NCBI GenBank assembly: GCA_031268315.1
Contig: JAIRXK010000014.1
Coordinates: 1,919 to 65,918, forward strand
Length of the DNA: 64,000 nt
Source of the DNA: Puniceicoccales bacterium
Lineage (GTDB): Bacteria > Verrucomicrobiota > Verrucomicrobiia > Opitutales > JAIRLM01
Direction of reading: 5' to 3'
Positions 46,195 through 55,923 of this stretch are shown one piece after another. The translations under genes and the position numbers were made by a program. The notes beneath the pieces were generated by a model. That model was not told the DNA's origin and did no database searches. It saw only the letters and a program-made list of their open reading frames with translations. Positions within the stretch are counted from its first letter, which is position 1. Every line of letters starts with the position of its first letter.

Positions 46195-48105
46195 ATGACA
46201 ACTTTTTCACAATCGCCAAACATTCCCGGGGAAAATACCGAGGGAATGGAAATAGGAACTTCTGCCAACGGTGGCGATGAATCTCCCATATTCATCGACG
46301 ATATCGCAGCACGGCAGAGGGAGCGCAGCGCAGCGCGCATGCGGCGCGAACAGACGGAATCGGAAAGGGCCACCACTGAGATGCCCGCGCGGGGCCGAAA
46401 GTCTCGCGGGCGGCAGTCGGGGGGAGCGCACGGAAGGAATAGTGATTCCGCCGAAATGGGTGGAGATCCACTTTTATTGGACGGAGAAAAGGAATGCTTA
46501 ACGCGAAATTCCGATGATCCATCTGGCTCCTTTGCTTCCCGCGGTGCCAAGGAGGAGGGAATGGCCGGCACTAATTCAAGGCAGCGAAATTTTTCCCGAT
46601 CTCCGCAGCAAAATTCCGCCCAGCGGCATTCAGCTGCGGCCAATTCTCGCAGTTCTTCCCAGTGGCCGGCATCTTCGCGGCGGGAATCCGGCGCCGCAGC
46701 ACCGCAGAGTTGTCCGCAAATTGCAGCCGCAAGGCGAAAGCTTCCCTTTGATTCGCTGAGGGAGTGGGATCGCATTCGCTCAGTGCAGTCCATAGAAACG
46801 TTGGGCATGGAATTTTTTTCCGATGAAATACCGATCAATTTCAATGAGATCTATGGCCTTAGCAATGCTCAATTGCATGAGCTAGCCGCATCTTTGAGTG
46901 GAGAAGAGGAGGGGGTGCGTACCGGCCAGCGCAAGCGGGTCTTGCACGGTTGCTTTTCGCGGGCACAGGCCAATTGTACTCCCATAGAAGTAAGGGGTCT
47001 GTTGGCCATGCTTTCCGATGGCAATGGCTACCTTACCTATGGCGTAGATAACTATCAGGCCAGTGATTTCAGTGTTTTTGTGCCGCGATGCCTCATCCGA
47101 GCCAATGCCCTCCGCCGCGGTCAACAATTGCAAGTGCATGCAGTCTACGTAAATCACATTCCCCATGTGATTGCCCTATGTGCCGTGAAAATTGTAAGCG
47201 TGATGGGAAAACCGCCACAGGATGCGGCACTGCTTCCGCAATTTCATGACCTTATTCCCTACTATCCAACGGAGCGCATTCTTCTGGAGTCGGCGACGGC
47301 CGATGCGAATCAAAATCTGTCCATGCGAATTATAGATCTCCTTTCGCCCATCGGCTTGGGCCAACGCGGGCTCATCGTTGCGCCGCCGCGCACGGGAAAA
47401 ACCATACTACTTCAAGCCATTGCCAATGCCATTGCCACAAATCGTCCGGATGTGCATCTCATGGTGCTGCTCATCGACGAGCGGCCCGAGGAGGTGACAG
47501 ATTTTCGGCGCATGTCTCGGGGCGAGGTGTTTGCATCCACATTTGATGAATACGCTGACAGCCATCTGCAGGTGGCGGAGATGGTCATAGAAAACGCACG
47601 GAGACGCGTGGAATGTGGCGAACACGTGGTGATCCTTCTGGATTCCATCACCCGGCTTGCCCGGGCCTATAATGCGGTCATGCCGAGCAGCGGTCGGGTG
47701 TTAACCGGAGGCATCGACGCCAATGCTATGCAGGGACCAAAGAGTTTCTTTGGCTCCGCCCGAAACATTGAGGGTGCTGGCAGCTTAACCATCCTCGGAA
47801 CGGCACTCATTGAAACGGGAAGCCGCATGGACGATGTGATCTTTGAAGAATTCAAAGGAACGGGAAATATGGAGCTGTACCTGGATCGGGATCAGGTTGA
47901 AAAGCGTATCTTTCCGGCCATCAATCCCTGCAAAAGTGGGGTGCGCAAGGAGGAGCTGCTCTACCATCCGGATGAATTGGGACGAATTTACGCATTACGC
48001 CGAGTCATCGATGGTGTTTCCTACAGTGAAACCATGGCCATGTTCATCGAACGGTTGAGGCAGACGAAAAATAACGTGGAATTTCTCATGTCCGTTGGCA
48101 TTTAG
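46195..48105 (+). CDS. rho: transcription termination factor Rho with about 220-aa R/S/G/E-rich N-terminal extension
   Basis: Walker A is [41 protein letters not shown] and the C-terminal [17 protein letters not shown] are present. The N-terminal third is low complexity. Confidence 0.95.
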   Translation: MTTFSQSPNIPGENTEGMEIGTSANGGDESPIFIDDIAARQRERSAARMRREQTESERATTEMPARGRKSRGRQSGGAHGRNSDSAEMGGDPLLLDGEKECLTRNSDDPSGSFASRGAKEEGMAGTNSRQRNFSRSPQQNSAQRHSAAANSRSSSQWPASSRRESGAAAPQSCPQIAAARRKLPFDSLREWDRIRSVQSIETLGMEFFSDEIPINFNEIYGLSNAQLHELAASLSGEEEGVRTGQRKRVLHGCFSRAQANCTPIEVRGLLAMLSDGNGYLTYGVDNYQASDFSVFVPRCLIRANALRRGQQLQVHAVYVNHIPHVIALCAVKIVSVMGKPPQDAALLPQFHDLIPYYPTERILLESATADANQNLSMRIIDLLSPIGLGQRGLIVAPPRTGKTILLQAIANAIATNRPDVHLMVLLIDERPEEVTDFRRMSRGEVFASTFDEYADSHLQVAEMVIENARRRVECGEHVVILLDSITRLARAYNAVMPSSGRVLTGGIDANAMQGPKSFFGSARNIEGAGSLTILGTALIETGSRMDDVIFEEFKGTGNMELYLDRDQVEKRIFPAINPCKSGVRKEELLYHPDELGRIYALRRVIDGVSYSETMAMFIERLRQTKNNVEFLMSVGI

Positions 48106-48217
48106 GGCAATGGGGCGCATGGGAAGATTATTTACATTTTTTCGATGTCTTACTGCCTGCTTTGCCGGAGCATGGCCCACACTTCCATGCGAAGGAAAGG
48201 CGGATCATGTCGTTTCA

Positions 48218-49078
48218 ATGCAACAGTCCATTTTGCTTGGTGCCGTGCAGGGAATTTGCGAATACGTGCCTATTTCTTCGACGGCGCATTTGCTATTCGC
48301 TGAAAACTTCATGGGTTTAGTAGATTGGGATCGCGGCCTTCGGGATGCCGATTTGGTCACGGCGAATTTGCCGGCTTCGATTGACTGCTACAATCTGGTT
48401 ATTCAGTGGGGGTCCATACTTGCGGTTGCCGTTTTCTTTCGCCGGCGTCTTGGGAAAATTTTCCTTGGAATTTTTGGCCGTTCCCAGGAGGGGCTTTGGC
48501 TCCTAGTAAATCTGTCCATTGCTCTTTTCCCCACCGCCGCTGCCGGCTTTCTACTGGCCGATCGGCTGCAAATTTATCGCCGATCTCCGCATTCCATTGG
48601 AACGGCATTGGCCGTGGGAGGTATCTATCTTTTGCTGCTGTGCGCATACTTGCGCCGCAGAAAATTTTCAGGCAATGCCATCGAAGGGATGACCTTTGAG
48701 AAAAGTTTAGCCATCGGTTTCCTCCAATGCCTTGCCCTATTTCCTGGCATGAGCCGCTCGCTGATGACCATTACCGGCGGATTGTTGCTTGGGTTTTCTC
48801 CCGCCGCTGCCTTGGAATTTAGTTTTTTATTAGGCTTTGCGACCCTGTGTGCCGCATTGATTTATCAAATTTTCGGGGGACATTTGTATGGCTTTGATTT
48901 CTCTTGGCTCTTTCCTACGATACTGGGATGTGTGGCGGCATTTCTGGCGGCTATTTTTTCCCTGTGTATTCTCATTTACCTATTGCGTCGCCGGCTCTTC
49001 TGGTCCATGCTGTTTGTGTTCGGCTTGTATCGTATTGCCGCCGCGGCCGGTATCTTCCTAGGCGGCATTTCTCACTAA
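48218..49078 (+). CDS. uppP: undecaprenyl-diphosphate phosphatase
   Basis: ILLGAVQGICEYVPISSTAHL is the BacA/UppP signature, with a second block FPGMSRSLMTITGG. The start is set at the ATG 48218 to match the family N-terminus. The ORF is open from the TTG at 48095. Confidence 0.85.
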   Translation: MQQSILLGAVQGICEYVPISSTAHLLFAENFMGLVDWDRGLRDADLVTANLPASIDCYNLVIQWGSILAVAVFFRRRLGKIFLGIFGRSQEGLWLLVNLSIALFPTAAAGFLLADRLQIYRRSPHSIGTALAVGGIYLLLLCAYLRRRKFSGNAIEGMTFEKSLAIGFLQCLALFPGMSRSLMTITGGLLLGFSPAAALEFSFLLGFATLCAALIYQIFGGHLYGFDFSWLFPTILGCVAAFLAAIFSLCILIYLLRRRLFWSMLFVFGLYRIAAAAGIFLGGISH

Positions 49079-49132
49079 AATTTTTTAACATTGTCTTTTC
49101 ACTTTGGTGATTTTAGAAAAGTATTTCAAGCG

Positions 49133-49624
49133 ATGAAGCACTACTTGCATGCCTATTGGCGCATAAATTATATCAAAAGTCCGCGGAAGGAGCGTGGTTC
49201 GCCATTCATGGAGGCTTTTCATTCGGCTGATCCCCAAAAGCATTTGCTTCTCCACAGGAATTCCCTTAGCTTTATTCTCATGAATCGCTATCCATATAAT
49301 GCGGGACATTTGCTGGCGTTGCCTGCACGGGAAGTGTCCGATTTCGACGAATTGACGGAAGAAGAGCAGGCCGCCCTTTTCGGCGCAGTAATTCGCGGGC
49401 AAAACATACTGAAGCGAGCCATGCAGCCGGAGGGATTTAATGTCGGATTTAACATTGGCAGCGCGGCTGGCGCTGGGATTCCAAAGCATCTACATGCTCA
49501 CATTGTTCCCCGCTGGAATGGAGATACCAACTTTATGCCCGTGGTCGGTGAAACAAAAATATTGCCCCAGGCACTGGAAGCGCTCTATGCGCAGTTGCTG
49601 GCAGTTGTTTCCGAGGAGAAGTGA
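49133..49624 (+). CDS. HIT family protein (nucleotide hydrolase/transferase)
   Basis: Histidine triad HLHAHIVPRW, with an upstream NRYPYNAGHLL block. Ends in TGA. Confidence 0.8.
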   Translation: MKHYLHAYWRINYIKSPRKERGSPFMEAFHSADPQKHLLLHRNSLSFILMNRYPYNAGHLLALPAREVSDFDELTEEEQAALFGAVIRGQNILKRAMQPEGFNVGFNIGSAAGAGIPKHLHAHIVPRWNGDTNFMPVVGETKILPQALEALYAQLLAVVSEEK

Positions 49625-49630
49625 AATCCG

Positions 49631-52021
49631 ATGAACTTTTTTATTCAGTGGATCTCGAAATTATTCCATATATTTCGTCGAAAAAAAGGTTCCATTGCTG
49701 CACCAGCGGTACGGGAAGAAGGTTTGATTGGGCGGGAATTGCATATTGCTCGATTGGCGATCATCGCCTTTCCCATTGCCGCTGCCATTGCGGTGATATG
49801 CTTTTCCGGAAAACCATCTCTTCGCATCCACATCGTTCCAGGGCAGGTCCTTGACACTCCCATACATGCGGAAATTGCCTTCCAGTATGAAAGTGCCGTT
49901 CAGACAAATCGCCTGAGGGAGCGGAAAGGGCAGCGAATTGCTCCCATTTATAAGGTCGATCTGAATCGATTTAATCTTTTCAGGGAACAGATCACTCTCT
50001 TTGCCGAAGAATTGGAATCATTTAACGTAAAATTATCGGAAAAGCCGACGGATTCAAAGGCCCGCATGTCGGCAATTATTTCATTTTCGAAGGACATCAA
50101 TCAGCGCTACACATTCCGCGTCGATCCCAAGGATATTTCAACAATTTTAGCCAATTCAAATGCGCAGAAGCGTACCTACTACTGGGGTGAAGGCATGGAA
50201 ATTTTGAACAGCATCATGGAATTGGGTGTCATTGATTCTTCCATGCAATTGCAGTCATCCAGCTCCATGAATTACTTCATGGACGTTGACGTGGCGGGGA
50301 GAAATGGACAGCAGAAACTTAAAACCCAGGAGGAGGCACTCCTCTACTTGCGCATTCATTTGGGGGCTCTGGAGGAAGAGCGCAACGGAACCAATTCTCT
50401 TTTTCATATCCTTAGCCAAGGAATCCATCCAAACCTGACCTACGACCGTGAAAAAACCGAGGAAAAACGTGCATTTGCCGGATCACTTGTGACACCGGTT
50501 CTGGTTGCCGTCGACGTGGGGGACGTTCTAATTAATGCCCATACCCACATCACGTCCGTTGACTATGAAAAATTGCAAGCCTATCGCTATGAATTGCGCA
50601 AGCAATGTCGACATATTTGGGGAATTGACCATGATATTTTTCGGCACTTCATCCTTGCATTTGCCATTATTTTCAGTTTTGTCACCGCATTCTCTCTCGT
50701 TTTAATTTACCGGCGAGGCAGGCAAAACTCACAAATGCACGGCGGTGCCATAGCGTTTTTCATTGCATTTTGGCTACTTAATCTACTTTCGCTGAGATTT
50801 TTGTCGGACTTTTGGGAAGCACCCTATTTCCTTCGGTTGCCAACGCTTTTCCAAATCCTTCCTCTCTTGACGCCCATTTTCGTTGGCACCATTCTCACAA
50901 CATTGCTCCTTGGGTTGCTGGAAGGAATGTCCTACGGATTATTGTTGAGCATTTTTTTTGTGTTTATGATCGAAAAAAGTTCTGACTTTTTCATCATGCT
51001 TACCGGAATAATTATTCTAATTGCTGCCTTGTGCCGCAATATTTCGCACAAAATGCAAATACTGCGCGTTGGTGTAATTTCTGGCCTGTGCCTTGGCACC
51101 TCTAGTCTATTCCTTACCATATTTACCAATTCCGACCTTTCCGTAGCAATTGTGCAATTTTTCGGTGCCTTAGTTAGCGGAGTAATGAATGGATTGTTGG
51201 CCTTACTGCTTTTGAGTCCCTGCGAAAAAATTTTTCGCCTAATGAGTAATGTTAGATTGCAGGAATTGTCCGACTTTAATCACAAATTGCTGCGCCAGTT
51301 ACAGATTTATGCCCCTGGAACCTACCATCACAGTCTCATTGTGGCAATCATTGCGGAGCAGGCGGCCAAGGCGGTGGGTGCCAATGCTCTACTCTGCCGC
51401 GTTGCTGCCCTCTTTCATGACGTTGGAAAGATTACCAAGCCGGAATATTTCATTGAAAATCAAACGTCGCACAATCCCCACACGGAAAAATCGCCGCGTA
51501 TCAGCACGCTGATTATCAAAAATCACGTGCGCGAAGGTATGAAAATTTCCCAAGATGCGGGCATTCCGTGGGGAGTAATTCAGGTGATTGGCCAGCACCA
51601 TGGGACCACGCTCATTCAGTACTTCTACAATAAGGCTCGGCAGCAGCAATCGGGAAGGTGCGGTGCCGATGGAGAGTGGGGGGGAGATGGATCGCCGGCG
51701 GATGTGGAAGAATCACTCTATCGATACGGGGGCCCGCGGCCGCAATCCATGGAAGCGGCCATACTGATGTTCGTTGATTCCTCCGAAGCGGCCAGTAGAA
51801 CACTACAAAAGGCGACGCAGCAAGGCATTGAAACTCTAGTTGGCTCTATATTTAAGTGTAAAATTGAGGATGGGCAATTGGAAGAATGCCCCATCACTTA
51901 TCAACAATTGCATCTCATTCAAAGGAGCATTGTCAGTGCGCTTACAAACATGCTTCACGCGCGAATTAGCTATGCATTTAATGGAAGCGAAGAAGATGAA
52001 TCTGCCGCAAAAGAAGTGTAA
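49631..52021 (+). CDS. 7TM-receptor HD/HDIG-domain phosphohydrolase (YqfF-like)
   Basis: An N-terminal extracytoplasmic domain, seven TM helices, then the HD domain (GTYHHSLIVAIIAEQAA...LFHDVGK...NHVREG...HHGT). Confidence 0.85.
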   Translation: MNFFIQWISKLFHIFRRKKGSIAAPAVREEGLIGRELHIARLAIIAFPIAAAIAVICFSGKPSLRIHIVPGQVLDTPIHAEIAFQYESAVQTNRLRERKGQRIAPIYKVDLNRFNLFREQITLFAEELESFNVKLSEKPTDSKARMSAIISFSKDINQRYTFRVDPKDISTILANSNAQKRTYYWGEGMEILNSIMELGVIDSSMQLQSSSSMNYFMDVDVAGRNGQQKLKTQEEALLYLRIHLGALEEERNGTNSLFHILSQGIHPNLTYDREKTEEKRAFAGSLVTPVLVAVDVGDVLINAHTHITSVDYEKLQAYRYELRKQCRHIWGIDHDIFRHFILAFAIIFSFVTAFSLVLIYRRGRQNSQMHGGAIAFFIAFWLLNLLSLRFLSDFWEAPYFLRLPTLFQILPLLTPIFVGTILTTLLLGLLEGMSYGLLLSIFFVFMIEKSSDFFIMLTGIIILIAALCRNISHKMQILRVGVISGLCLGTSSLFLTIFTNSDLSVAIVQFFGALVSGVMNGLLALLLLSPCEKIFRLMSNVRLQELSDFNHKLLRQLQIYAPGTYHHSLIVAIIAEQAAKAVGANALLCRVAALFHDVGKITKPEYFIENQTSHNPHTEKSPRISTLIIKNHVREGMKISQDAGIPWGVIQVIGQHHGTTLIQYFYNKARQQQSGRCGADGEWGGDGSPADVEESLYRYGGPRPQSMEAAILMFVDSSEAASRTLQKATQQGIETLVGSIFKCKIEDGQLEECPITYQQLHLIQRSIVSALTNMLHARISYAFNGSEEDESAAKEV

Positions 52022-52087
52022 CAATTATTCGACTAAGAAAAGGTGAACGATGAAAAAATTGACCGCCATTGGCAGAGGTCATAGAAG

Positions 52088-52711
52088 ATGAGGCATATGG
52101 TGTTTCTCTGCATTGATACTGCAACGGCCAGGACGCAGGTCGGACTTTTCGACGGAGTTTCCCATCGCTGGGTGGCATTTCGATGGGATTTCACGCCGAC
52201 CGTTGAGTGTATGGATTTGCTCATTCAACGGACCCTGGAAGATGGAAAGCTTGCTTTAAATGACCTTGAAGGCATCGCCGCCTGCGCCGGTCCCGGTGGG
52301 CTTCTTGGACTGCGAATGGCTAAGATTTCAGTGGATGTTTGGAGAATTCTCACAGCAAAAGTGCCCATTTTTTCCTATAATGCATTGCATTTGGTTGCAG
52401 AAGATCTTCTCTTACAAAAAAAGGAAAACTTTGCCCTGTATGCGCAGATAAATCGCGAAAAATTCTATGTGCTTAGAGTAAAAAAAGGAAATTTTTCTCC
52501 GATTGCATTGGAAAACTTCCAAATTTGCGAAATGGAATATTATTTTCTACCCATCAACGGGGATAAAAATAATGCCCAACGGCTGCCTAAATTGATTTCA
52601 TATGATCTGAAATTCATGGGAGTTGCCCTTGCTAAATCTATGGTGCAATTATCTTTTTGGGAAGAGTTTAGGCTTTGCGTTATTCTCAATGACTTTTCCG
52701 GCAGCGCCTAG
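52088..52711 (+). CDS. tsaB: tRNA threonylcarbamoyladenosine biosynthesis protein TsaB (YeaZ family)
   Basis: FLCIDTATARTQVGL and IAACAGPGGLLGLRMAKI match the TsaB N-terminal ASKHA blocks (IDTS..., GPGSFTGLRIG). Confidence 0.65.
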   Translation: MRHMVFLCIDTATARTQVGLFDGVSHRWVAFRWDFTPTVECMDLLIQRTLEDGKLALNDLEGIAACAGPGGLLGLRMAKISVDVWRILTAKVPIFSYNALHLVAEDLLLQKKENFALYAQINREKFYVLRVKKGNFSPIALENFQICEMEYYFLPINGDKNNAQRLPKLISYDLKFMGVALAKSMVQLSFWEEFRLCVILNDFSGSA

Positions 52712-53372
52712 GTTATGGTGCTTGTTTAATTTAAATAATGCATTAAAATTATGCAGTATAATACTAAGCCATTATTTCCGGCAATCCCCGCAGGAAAAAG
52801 AGAAATATTTCATTTTTCAGGATAATCCTTCGTCCGATCAGCTAATTAACCCAGATAGTAATCGTCCGCACGGCCAGACAATCGATCAGTCCGCTGGAAC
52901 GGGGAGTCCTCTGTGCAGCCAACTAATTGGTCAATTTAATGGGACGAAAAGTGATTCAATCGACGAAATTCAGAAGGAGTGTGATGGGGAGATAGAAAGG
53001 TTACTCGAATGCATATCCATTGAGGATTTATCACTTTTGCTCAATTGCATAGAAGAAACCGTAGCAAGGATTCGAAACCAATATGAAGTAAATGAAATTG
53101 AAATCAATTTAATAAGGCAATTTCTTAGATTCCCAAATGCAAATTTCATAAATGTGCGAGAAATAGCATCATCTTGTGATCCAACGGCTATCAATAGTAG
53201 AGAGCTAAGCCTTAATGCATTTAGAGTAAGCGGAAATGCGACTAATATTTTATTGAATAAATGCAGTAATTTAACTATATTCATGTCAGATAAATCAGTT
53301 AACACTGGATATTTACCGCCGTCAATCACGAAGTTAATATTGGAATCAAGAGGTAATTTTATTGACATGTAG
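52689..53372 (+). CDS. leucine-rich-repeat protein, N-terminal part (ends at in-frame TAG)
   Basis: AT-rich ORF whose C-terminus starts the LP.S..K repeat register (LPPSITKLILES). The next ORF continues in the same frame straight after the TAG at 53370-53372. The start is uncertain (ORF open from 52623). Confidence 0.5.
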   Translation: MTFPAAPRLWCLFNLNNALKLCSIILSHYFRQSPQEKEKYFIFQDNPSSDQLINPDSNRPHGQTIDQSAGTGSPLCSQLIGQFNGTKSDSIDEIQKECDGEIERLLECISIEDLSLLLNCIEETVARIRNQYEVNEIEINLIRQFLRFPNANFINVREIASSCDPTAINSRELSLNAFRVSGNATNILLNKCSNLTIFMSDKSVNTGYLPPSITKLILESRGNFIDM

Positions 53373-54023
53373 GTGCTTTGCGATAATCTGCCTAATCTTG
53401 AATTTCTATGCATTGAACGTGCTAGAATAAATGGCCCGGCGAAAACGCTTCCGTCGACACTGCGAAAGATTCATATCGTGGGCATTGGCATGCCATTTTC
53501 CAATTCGGCATTTAAAAATTTGAATGCACTTGAAGAGTCGGGACTTAACGGCGCAGGCGTAGAAGGAATCATCAAAACTTTACCGGCCACGCTTAGAAAG
53601 ATTGACATTGAAAGCGGAAAAGTAAAGTTTGCCAGCTCAGTATTTGAAAATTTAAATGCACTTGAAGAACTGAAACTTATGGGAGTAAGCGCAGAGGGAG
53701 TCATCAAGACTTTACCAGCCGCACTTAGAGAAATTTCAATTCGAAATGGTGGAGGGATAACGTTTATCGACTCAGCATTCGAAAGCATAAGTGCCCTTGA
53801 GGAACTGAGACTTGAAGAAGTAAGCGTAGGAGGAGTTATTGCAAATTTGCCAGCCATGCTTAGGAAAATTGGATTTTTCGGCAAAAATATAGCACTTGAC
53901 AGGGCGGCATTTGGAAATTTGGATACACTTGAAGAGTTGAATATATCTGACGATATAAATGTAGAGGGCGGCATTGAGTCTCTACCACCGGTTACGCTTA
54001 AGAAGGTGCGAAGGCGAAAATAG
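53373..54023 (+). CDS. leucine-rich-repeat protein, C-terminal part (BspA-like LRR units of 44-45 aa)
   Basis: 4.5 tandem units such as IKTLPATLRKIDIESGKVKFASSVFENLNALEELKLMGVSAEGV. Confidence 0.65.
   Translation: MLCDNLPNLEFLCIERARINGPAKTLPSTLRKIHIVGIGMPFSNSAFKNLNALEESGLNGAGVEGIIKTLPATLRKIDIESGKVKFASSVFENLNALEELKLMGVSAEGVIKTLPAALREISIRNGGGITFIDSAFESISALEELRLEEVSVGGVIANLPAMLRKIGFFGKNIALDRAAFGNLDTLEELNISDDINVEGGIESLPPVTLKKVRRRK
53439..54020 (+). repeat. tandem coding repeats (about 132-135 nt units) encoding LRR modules
   Basis: Units begin AKTLPSTLRKIHI, IKTLPATLRKIDI, IKTLPAALREISI, IANLPAMLRKIGF and IESLPPVTLKKV. Confidence 0.75.
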
Positions 54024-54164
54024 ATTTCTGAGGCAAGTGAAAATTTCCCATGCAAAGGAATGCTTGCGATTGCGCGGACAGGCTATTTAAAAATTTTTGA
54101 CATTGCAATGGGCGAAGCGATTGAATTCTCTGGGGATGCTTAGAAAAATTACTTGGAGGAACCC

Positions 54165-54587
54165 ATGGAAAAAACGATTATTATTTTAAAGCCGGATGCC
54201 ATAAGAAAAGGGTGCGTTGGGCTTGTTTTACAGCGCTTTGAAGATGCGAAATTTCGCATTGTTGGAATGAAAATGATGCAACTCAATGAGGCGGTTTTGA
54301 GGGAACACTACAGCCACCTCACCGACAAGCCATTTTTTTGCGAGATTGTCGACTTTATGAGTTCAACCCCCGTGGTTGTTGTTGCCCTTGAGGGAGTCAA
54401 TGCGGTTGAGAAAGTTCGAAAAATGGTGGGACCAACGGACTCAACTCAGGCACCGAAAGGAACCATTCGCGGAGATCTCGGAAAGGATAAAAATCAAAAC
54501 ATTGTCCATGCGTCGGACAGTGTGGAGAGCGCAGAGAGGGAAATGAATCGCTTTTTTAATGCCGCTGAGCTGTTTGTAAAGGGGTAA
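54165..54587 (+). CDS. ndk: nucleoside-diphosphate kinase
   Basis: MEKTIIILKPDA, the GPTDSTQAPKGTIRGD block and the active-site NIVHASDS are present. GGAGGA lies 4 nt upstream of the ATG at 54165. Confidence 0.95.
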   Translation: MEKTIIILKPDAIRKGCVGLVLQRFEDAKFRIVGMKMMQLNEAVLREHYSHLTDKPFFCEIVDFMSSTPVVVVALEGVNAVEKVRKMVGPTDSTQAPKGTIRGDLGKDKNQNIVHASDSVESAEREMNRFFNAAELFVKG

Positions 54588-54619
54588 TTTTTGCGAAGCA
54601 GAGATTTCTGAAAACTGCC

Positions 54620-55456
54620 ATGAAGTTTACCGGAGAAAAATTTATTCTCATTGCCGGGCCATGCGCCATTGAGAGCGAAGAAATTTGTATGCAGGTGGCC
54701 GAGAAGCTGAGTCGAATCCGCGGACAGCGCAGCGACTTGGAGATTGTTTTCAAAGGTTCCATAGACAAGGCAAATCGCTCTTCGGGGAAGAGCTTTCGCG
54801 GCATTGGAATTGGGAAGGGGTTGGAAATTTTGGGGAAAATTCGCAGCCGATTTTCCATGGCCGTCACTACGGATTTCCACTCTCCCGAACAGGCAAAAAT
54901 CATCGGGAAAGCCGTTGATATTATCCAGATACCCGCGTTTTTATGCCGACAAACGGATATGCTTCAAGCGGCTGCGGAGGCCTGTGAGGTCGTTTCCGTA
55001 AAAAAGGGACAGTTTCTTTCCCCATGGGATATGAGGCATGTGGTGGAAAAGCTGCGGACATTTGGGGCGAGAAAGATCCTGCAAATGGAGCGAGGAACAT
55101 CCTTTGGCTATGGGAGTTTAGTGGTGGATATGCGAAGTTTTCAAATTTTACACGAAAATAATTGCCCCGTTATTTACGATTTGACCCACAGTTTGCAATT
55201 GCCAGGGATGGGTGCGGAGACTACCCGCGGCGCCCGTGAATTTGCCGACACACTGGCCCGCGCGGCCATAGGCGCTGGAATTGATGGCCTTTTCATCGAG
55301 GTCCATCCCAATCCGCCGCAAGCGCAGTGCGACGCGGAAACGCAACTGCCGCTAAAAGGATTGGAGGAGCGCCTGGATGCCTATCTGCAACTCCATTTGG
55401 CGCGCAAAAAATGCCAAAGGAGTAAATTTCCAATGGCAATGGACGAAAAATACTAG
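54620..55456 (+). CDS. kdsA: 3-deoxy-8-phosphooctulonate synthase
   Basis: LIAGPCAIESEE, DIIQIPAFLCRQTD, ERGTSFGY and VIYDLTHSLQ are KdsA blocks. Confidence 0.9.
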   Translation: MKFTGEKFILIAGPCAIESEEICMQVAEKLSRIRGQRSDLEIVFKGSIDKANRSSGKSFRGIGIGKGLEILGKIRSRFSMAVTTDFHSPEQAKIIGKAVDIIQIPAFLCRQTDMLQAAAEACEVVSVKKGQFLSPWDMRHVVEKLRTFGARKILQMERGTSFGYGSLVVDMRSFQILHENNCPVIYDLTHSLQLPGMGAETTRGAREFADTLARAAIGAGIDGLFIEVHPNPPQAQCDAETQLPLKGLEERLDAYLQLHLARKKCQRSKFPMAMDEKY

Positions 55457-55851
55457 GAATTTGCTGAAAATCTTCCCGGATGAATGAAAAGAAATCCGAA
55501 GCAAACGGCGGCGAGAATGACATGCAGCAGCATGAGGTCGATTTCGCCGGGCTGGGAAAATGTTGACTGTTTGATGAGTATTAGCTCGACAAGGGTCAAT
55601 GTAATGCAACAACTCCGGAAAAAACTGCCCGCCATGAAGAGTATTCCGGCAATGAGATAGCTGATGGCCACAAGCAAAATCCACGTCCGCGGTGGCAAGG
55701 TAATGGCAAATAGTGTAAAGGGTTGGTCTAAAACAACGATCGCCGATTGGCCTCCACCTAACATTTTTACCCCATACCAGGCAAAAATTAATCCCAAAAT
55801 AACACGTATGATCAATTTACCGATATCTGGTCTGTCAAAAAAGCGTTTCAC
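55453..55851 (-). CDS. DoxX-like small membrane protein
   Basis: Four hydrophobic helices. A GTG start at 55851 gives 132 aa and avoids overlap with uppS. The longest ORF (to 56031) would overlap uppS by more than 100 nt. Confidence 0.4.
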   Translation of the reverse strand: MKRFFDRPDIGKLIIRVILGLIFAWYGVKMLGGGQSAIVVLDQPFTLFAITLPPRTWILLVAISYLIAGILFMAGSFFRSCCITLTLVELILIKQSTFSQPGEIDLMLLHVILAAVCFGFLFIHPGRFSANS

Positions 55852-55923
55852 GGCGACAAATCTAAAAGAATTTTGTCCGCGCACAATACTTGCGTAAAAA
55901 AAATCAAAAAATATTTTGTTGAA

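Noticed and set aside
46176-46844. 222-aa minus-strand ORF antisense to the 5' third of rho
   Set aside because: It lies entirely within the GC-rich low-complexity extension of rho. Its Arg/Ala/Ser-rich product is typical of antisense frames in such sequence.
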